64,000 nt of DNA from Eledone cirrhosa (Eukaryota), in the NCBI GenBank assembly GCA_964016885.1, contig OZ024744.1:67084001-67148000 (forward strand), written 5' to 3'. This document shows positions 56,671 to 64,000 of the stretch, piece by piece. The notes beneath the pieces are model-generated. The model was not told where the DNA came from. It worked only from the letters and a program-made list of their open reading frames with translations, and did no database searches. Positions within the stretch are counted from its first letter, which is position 1; the number at the start of each line of letters is the position of its first letter. Position numbers and translations under genes: made by a program.

Positions 56671-56729
56671 TATATATATATATAACTAGACTTATATATA
56701 TATAACTGTGTATATAACTAGAAGAGCGA

Positions 56730-56803
<74 letters not shown>

Positions 56804-56804
56804 A

Positions 56805-56835
<31 letters not shown>

Positions 56836-56889
56836 AGTCGCTCTTCTAGTTATATACACAGTTATATATATATAAGTCGCTCTTCTAGT

Positions 56890-56922
<33 letters not shown>

Positions 56923-56984
56923 ACCGAGGGGTACAAAAAGTCTTATTAGTTTCACGCTTTATATGTGTGTATATATATATATAT

Positions 56985-57560
56985 ATTTAGAAATATAAAG
57001 AAATACAAAGAAAACACAAACAATGGACAGATCTTCTCTTCAGTTGTCTGCTGTGGGTCTCGGACGTTTCAACGCATCAAATACAATACGTCTACCCACA
57101 GTACGTCAATAACTGGAAAGTTATTGGGGAAAGAAAAGAGTACGGAGACGATGGCGAAGAAAAAGAAAATAAATAAGCAGAAGAAGAAAAAGGAGAGGAA
57201 AAAAGACAGAAAACATACCGATAGAGAGGGGGAAAGACGAGGAGTAGCACATGTGTGTAGCAGTAACCAAAGGGAGAGCGGGGAAGACGTTAAAACGACG
57301 GGCGGGCAGAAGCCGTGGGACCTTATTAACAGCAAGATGGAGAGCGGAAAGAAACACGTCTGTTCATGGCGAAAACAGACGTAAAGAGGGAGAGACGAAG
57401 GAAAACGGAAGTAGTAAGTGAGCAGAGAGAAAGAGGATAACTGAGTGGGAGAGAGAGAGAGGGGGAGAGAGAAAGAGAATACGTGAGTGGGAGAGAGAGA
57501 GAAAGGGAGAGAAAGAAAGAGAGAGGGAGAAAAAGAGGAAGGAAAGGAGTTAATAATAGG
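56985..57560 (-). mobile_element. Probable decayed pLTR with a core-deleted HHR at 57052-57103
   Basis: Minus strand ctgtgggt-[core missing]-agacgtatt..gatgcgtt-GAAACGTC-cgag-acccacag. Confidence 0.4.
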
Positions 57561-57561
57561 T

Positions 57562-57868
57562 TCATTTATTGGCCACAAGGGCTGACATATAGGGGACAAT
57601 ACAATAGTCGGGGACAGTGGGGGTTTTATACAAAAATCGAGTAAAAAGTAGGAAAACAATAACAAGAAACAAGAAAAATACAATAATGAAGATTCCCCAA
57701 TAGGGTGTATAACCACCCAGGGTTGATTCAGGTACACCACCTAAACCAGCCGACGCCTTGAGGGCACCCGGAAAGCGTACCCCTCTCCTCCTCAAATTCA
57801 CCAGCCTACAGGCGCATGATCAGAGTATGCCACTCACACGGGTCATTCTCACCACATTCACCCACCTA
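57562..57868 (-). mobile_element. Tx1-like LINE 3' end, copy D
   Basis: Reverse complement matches 35210-35570 (WVNV.RM.RV, ccctattgggga, gcccttgtggccaataaa). Confidence 0.85.
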
Positions 57869-57893
57869 AAGTTGATGAAGGATTGGCCGAAGA

Positions 57894-57941
57894 GAAAAGA
57901 CTGGTTCTCGTCCAGTCATCGAAGTTAAGCAACGTCGAGCT
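57894..57941 (+). pseudogene. 5S rRNA-derived fragment
   Basis: gaaaagactggttctcgtccagtcatcgaagttaagcaacgtcgagc resembles the invertebrate 5S interior (GAAAACACCGGTTCTCGTCCGATCACCGAAGTTAAGCAACGTCGAGC, recalled from memory). Confidence 0.6.
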
Positions 57942-57952
57942 TAGACAGGAGT

Positions 57953-58780
57953 TAATAATTGTTCCTACTTTTGGCACAAAGCCAGCTATTATCGCAGTGT
58001 ATTACTGGTACTTTATTTTATCGACCCTGTAAGGATGAAAGGTTAAGTGTTAATAATTGTTCCTACTTTTGTCACAAGGTCAGCAATTATTCCAGTACAT
58101 TACTGGTACTTTATTTTATCGATCCCGTAAGGATGAAAGGCAAAGTTAACCTCGGCGAGATTTGAACTCAGAAGGTAAAGGGCCGTAACACTTTGTTGCA
58201 AAGCATGGCGTCCGACCCACTAGTGATACTGCCAATCCACCCACTCCAGAAAGGAGTTAATAATTGTTTCTACTTTAGGCACAAGGCCAGCAATTACCCA
58301 GTGCGTTACTGGTACTTTATTTCATCGACCCCGTAAGGATGAAAGGCAAAGTCAACCTCGGCGGGATTTGAACTCAGATCGTAAAGGGACGTAACTATGC
58401 TGGAAAGCATAACGTCCGACCCTCTACCGATACTGCCAATCCGCCGCAGTTAATAATGATTCTAGTATAGGCACAAGGCCAGTAATTTTGGGGGAGGGGA
58501 AAGTCGATTAAATCGACTCCAGTACATAACTGGTACTTTATTTTATCGACCCCGTAACGATGAAAGGCAAAGTAACCTCGGCGGGATTTGAACTCAGACT
58601 GTAAAGGACCGTAGCTCTATGCTGCAAAGCATGGCGTCCGACCAACTACCGATACTGTCAATCCACACACTCCAGAAAGGAGTTAATAATTGTTTCTACT
58701 TTTGGCACAAGGCCAGCAAATACCCAGTACATTACTGGTACTTTATTTTATCAACCCCGTAAGGATGAAAGAGTTAATAA
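57953..58780 (-). mobile_element. Tandem SINE cluster (about six full or partial copies)
   Basis: Repeated SINE bodies separated by gagttaataat. Confidence 0.9.
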
Positions 58781-59030
58781 TAACACCAGACAAGATAGTA
58801 AACATAGAAGGAAAGTCACAGCAATAAATTAATAAAAACTTAGATGGGAAAGGGTGCTGTATGGTTATTAAAGACGAGTATATATATATTGTGTTGTTAT
58901 TTCTGTTTACCTTTTACTCATACACACACATATGTATATATATTACATATATATATATATACATACATATATATGTACATATATATATATATATATATAT
59001 GTGTATATATATATATATATATTATATATA

Positions 59031-59070
<40 letters not shown>

Positions 59071-59278
59071 TTTACGAGGTTTTTTATATGAAATCGTGTG
59101 TCGAAACAAATATTGTTATACTTGGGGAGGGTCATATTTGTGTAATATTGCCAGAATTAATAACAGAGCACACTCACTGTTTGGTTGGTTTTCGCTTTTC
59201 GCTTCTGTGTCTTCTATATCGGTAATCTAATTTATTCGGTCCTCAATGTTGCCATTGACTGACCAACCGTCAAAAATA

Positions 59279-59468
59279 ATTGTTTCTACTTTAGGCACAA
59301 AGCCAGCAATTACCCAGTGCATTACTGGTACTTTATTTTATCGACCCCGTAAGGATGAAAGGCAAAGTCAACCTCGGCGGGATTTGAACTCAGATCGTAA
59401 AGGGACGTAACTTTATGCTGTCAAGCATGGCGTCCGACCCTCTACCGAAACTGCCAATCCACCGCCCT
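59279..59468 (-). mobile_element. SINE inserted in the 3' pLTR, with TSD aaaaataat
   Basis: Absent from the inverted pLTR copy (empty site at ~62047-62056). Confidence 0.9.
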
Positions 59469-59782
59469 AAAAATAATACAGATACAATATAGACACAAAC
59501 ACACATATATATATAGTTTATCAAAGTTCTTTCGTTGCACATCTGCAACAGCGTCAGTGGTGCTATTGTTTCCTCCCGTTGCATTGTATTTTCTACGCCA
59601 TCTTTATTTAGTCTGTTTATATATTTATTTATTTGTTTATTTTATTTTGTCTTCTTTGCGCATGCGTGTGTGTATAGTGTTTTGTTTGATGTGTGTTCGT
59701 GATTGGGTGACTGTGTATTGGTTAATGTATTCTATCTTTACTAGTGTGTTTATATGTGTTTGTTGTTATTGTGCTTGTGTAT

Positions 59783-59813
<31 letters not shown>

Positions 59814-60336
59814 TACTTCTCTTAGGTCAGTGTTGTTTGTTTGGTAGTTGTTATTCCATTCATTTTTTCTGTTTAGCCTTGGCCTTCTAAGTTCTATTTC
59901 ACTGGCCTCTCTGATTTGCCTATCTGCTGGGTCATTTCTATGTTTAGATATTATTCTAATTTCTATGTTGTCTATGTTACCGTCGTGTTGTTGTCTGGCA
60001 TGTTCGTATAGTACTGAACCGTTTTTTCGTCCTTTTAGTTCCCTCCAGTGTTGGTCTATCCTTTCACCTATGCTACGAGCGGTCTCGCCTATGTATGTTG
60101 TTGTCATGTTTCTGCAAGTACCCTCTGTGCATCTTATGCTATAGACTACGTTTCTAGTTTTACAGTTTATCCGGGGGTTTACCTTACATATGATACATTT
60201 CCTATTAGTACAGTGGGTTTTCTTAAAAGGGTAGGTTTTGCTGATCAGGGATTTTATGGTGGTTCCTGGCTTTTCTACCACCTTAATCTTTAAGTGAGTC
60301 TTTTTCAGGGCCTTTCTACACTGGTTAGCTAATTTC

Positions 60337-60627
60337 ATAGTGGAGGCACGTGGCCTAGTGGTAAGAGTGTTGGACTTATGATCATAGTGTCGTGCGCTCG
60401 ATTTCTAGGTTGCGTGTTGTGTTTTTGAGCAAAACACTTCACGTTACTCCAGTATACTCAGCTGAAAATGAGTACCAGCAATAGCTGGAGGTTTAACCCT
60501 GCGATGGACTGGCGTCCTGTCCAGGGGGAGTCTTGTACTCTCAGTCGCTTCACGCCATGAAACCGGGATAAGCACCGGCCAAATGAGCCTTCTGGCTTAA
60601 GACAGACTTTAGACTTTTTTTTTTTTT
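60337..60627 (+). mobile_element. Second tRNA-derived SINE family, interrupting the PLE ORF
   Basis: A-box tggcctagtgg; body aaccctgcgatggactggcgtcctgtccagggg; T-rich tail; 12-bp TSD ttagctaatttc at 60325-60336 and 60628-60639. Confidence 0.88.
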
Positions 60628-62214
60628 TTAGCTAATTTCCCTCCAGGGGTAGCGTCCACAAATATGACACTCTGGTATCTCTGGTTGTCGTATCATGAGG
60701 TGACTTTCCCTATCTTATGTCTAGCCCTATCTAAGCTATTCCATGATTTGCCCCTGTATAATGGGCAAATTCCTTTCATGTCCAGTTCTATGAGAGTCTT
60801 ATACTTCTCCATGGCTCCTTCGTATACTCTGACTCTGTCTCTTTGGTTGTAGCCAGAGAACTGCATGCGGTTGATGAAGTGTTAGATGTGTCTTTTCATT
60901 TCTGTTGGGTCGCACATGCGGGACACATTCTTCATCACTCGTACCAAATCTGCGATCAGAATATTAAACTTAGCACTACTGGACATTGCTGAGTTTTTGA
61001 GTATCAGGTATTTGGAGGCCATGGGTTTAGCATAGTGTGAGTGGAGAATTTGGGCTCTCTCGTCTATAGTGTTAATCCAGAGTTCCGTGTCTAATACAGG
61101 TAGTCTATTGTTAGGGTGTTTGGAAGGGTAGTCGATAGTTACAGTTATACTCTGGTGTATGGAATTAGCTATCTGCTGGATGCTTTCCATTGTGCTACGT
61201 TCTAAATCAAACTTGTTAGTGCTCTCTAGTGGGGATGTTCTTATAACTATATTGATATCGTCTACGTAACGAGAGTACATGATGAGGTCTATGGAGCTCT
61301 CATTAAGGAGATCTTTAAGTCTCCTTTCCCACCATACCATAAAAAGGTTGGTAACATCACCAGCTATGCTGACGCCAATGGCTGCTCCCTCATTTTGGGT
61401 GTAGATCATCTCGTTGAAATTGAAAATGTGACCCTTTAGGATAGTTTTTATGCTAGCCCCTATTTCATGTGCGACCATTTTTCTTAACTGATCATTGTTT
61501 TGGGGTGTCCGTATAGCTTTGGTCCACCCAATCCACCTTCCCATAGCAGTCTTTTTAGCCATTGAGGTTATGGTGGGCGTCTACCTCTTATGGGTCTACT
61601 GGGCCAGAAACGTCTAAGGTCATGGTTGTCTAGGTAGTCAGTGTCATAGGTAAGTCTAAGTAGGAGGCCCAACAACACCCAAACAAACAACACTGACCTA
61701 AGAGAAGTATAAATAAATAAATAAATAAATAGATAAATAAATAAATACACAAGCACAATAACAACAAACACATATAAACACACACTAGTAAAGATAGAAT
61801 ACATTAACCAATACACAGTCACCCAATCACGAACACACCTCAAACAAAACACTATACACACACGCATGCGCAAAGAAGACAAAATAAAATAAACAAATAA
61901 ATAAATATATAAACAGATTAAATAAAGATGGCGTAGAAAATACAATGTAACGGGAGGAAACAATAGCACCACTGACGCTGTTGCAGATGTGCAACGAAAG
62001 AACTTTGATAGACTATATATATGTGTTTGTGTCTATATTGTATCCGTATTATTTTTGACGGTTGGTCAGTCAATGGCAACATTGAGGACCGAATAAATTA
62101 GATTGCCGATATAAAAGACACAGAAGCGAAAAGCGAAAACCAACCAAACAGTGAGTGTGATCTGTTATTAATTCTGGCAATATTACACAAATATGACCCT
62201 CCTCAAGTATAGCA

Positions 62215-62945
<731 letters not shown>

Positions 62946-63550
62946 TCCATTCTTTTTGGTTTCCACATAGATACTCACTTTAATATAAGCCACAATACAA
63001 TAGTTTATATATATTCTTGAGAAATGAGAAACACAATAAATATTAAATTGTATATTACATAATATATATATATGCATGAGAAATGTAATAAAGATTATAT
63101 TGTATATTACATACTTTATATATATATACACACACACACACACGCACACACACACTCATACACACGCATACATACATACATGGTGGCTGCCAACTCGTTT
63201 TCGAGTACGGCCACTACTTTAAATCCATGTAGGAGAACCCTTACCGATGCGCTGAACGAGTGTGACATTTTAGTCCAGCCAGCGACTTGAAAACTCTGGT
63301 ACAAACACTACACTTGTGACAATTATTGACACATAGTGCTGGGCCCATGGTACCATGTGACGACAAGTGCAGAGAGATCTCCAGATATAAAGCAATGCCT
63401 GTGCTGTGAAGCTTTTATAGTGAGCAAAGGCACTGCACAAAGCCAGTCCCACTCTCTTAACCTAGATGATATTTACCAAAAAGAAGAACAAGTCAACATC
63501 ATTGGATACCATCAGGCTTGCAGGTGTTATATAATAGTTTTCCTTCATAC

Positions 63551-63586
<36 letters not shown>

Positions 63587-64000
63587 GATAATAAGGGCGC
63601 TGCGGAGTTGAAAATGGGTTACATATGAAAAAAGTTTGTCCTTCATCAGTGATCTTCCAACCATCATAGGCATTTCATCGCTTTAAAGACCATATACCTC
63701 CGGTTGGTGCGAGCAACCGCTAAAAAAAGTCGTTGGGACACGTAAATAAAGGGGACGTGAGGGTAAACATACAAAATGGTGAAGCAACAGAAAGTGAGGA
63801 AGAAAGAGACAAGTCCCAGATTTCTATGAATTTAAATTCGGTGAAATCGTGAACGAGAGAATAAAGACCATCAAACCTGGTTGAAATGTGAGCAAGGAAG
63901 GAATTTCGCACAGGTCTAACGGGAGGAAGAAGGGGTCTGGTTTGCGAATTCGGTAAACATAAGTTCTGTGAAATCGCAGACGAGAGAGAGAAAAAATTCC

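Noticed and set aside
57953-58780. Regularly spaced repeats resembling a CRISPR array (also 9505-10790)
   Set aside because: These are SINE copies with pol III boxes in eukaryotic DNA, with no unique spacers or cas genes.
48760-59120. HHR-like CTGAAAA...GAAAC (48759) and GAAACAAATATTGTT (59103)
   Set aside because: Core incomplete, stem II poor, and antisense to the associated PLE ORF.
63590-64000. Possible PLE 3' end (CTGATGAAGGAC on minus at ~63638-63649)
   Set aside because: The GAAA half is missing and protein similarity is too weak.

Overview
AT-rich, repeat-dense eukaryotic DNA. The dominant tRNA-derived SINE and the (TA)n/(TG)n/(ATT)n microsatellites resemble an octopod cephalopod genome; this is recognised from memory, not from a database search. 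No intact host gene is supportable, and most ORFs in the track are microsatellite artefacts. The window holds five Tx1/L1-like LINE copies (two near full-length and in tandem), one near full-length R4/Dong-like RLE LINE, a 5'-truncated CRE-like LINE, two RTE 3' ends, several Penelope-like elements (PLEs) from at least three lineages, non-autonomous Helitrons, many SINE copies and a 3-kb GGT/GAT trinucleotide tract. The most interesting signal is a non-coding RNA system tied to the PLEs. (i) About ten distinct type-I hammerhead ribozyme (HHR) sequence families are present, with visible covariation. (ii) Two ORF-less retrozyme-like elements have 617-nt and 557-nt monomers, and one begins exactly at its predicted HHR cleavage site. 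(iii) About ten asymmetric fold-back insertions sit in (TA)n. (iv) A conserved bulged hairpin (ACUC/GAGU basal stem, 2-nt UU/UA bulge, covarying upper stem) is shared by about eight otherwise unrelated families and lies about 5-10 nt beyond the end of the short fold-back arm. It is a candidate cis-signal that positions PLE reverse transcription. All structures were folded by eye and none has been tested.
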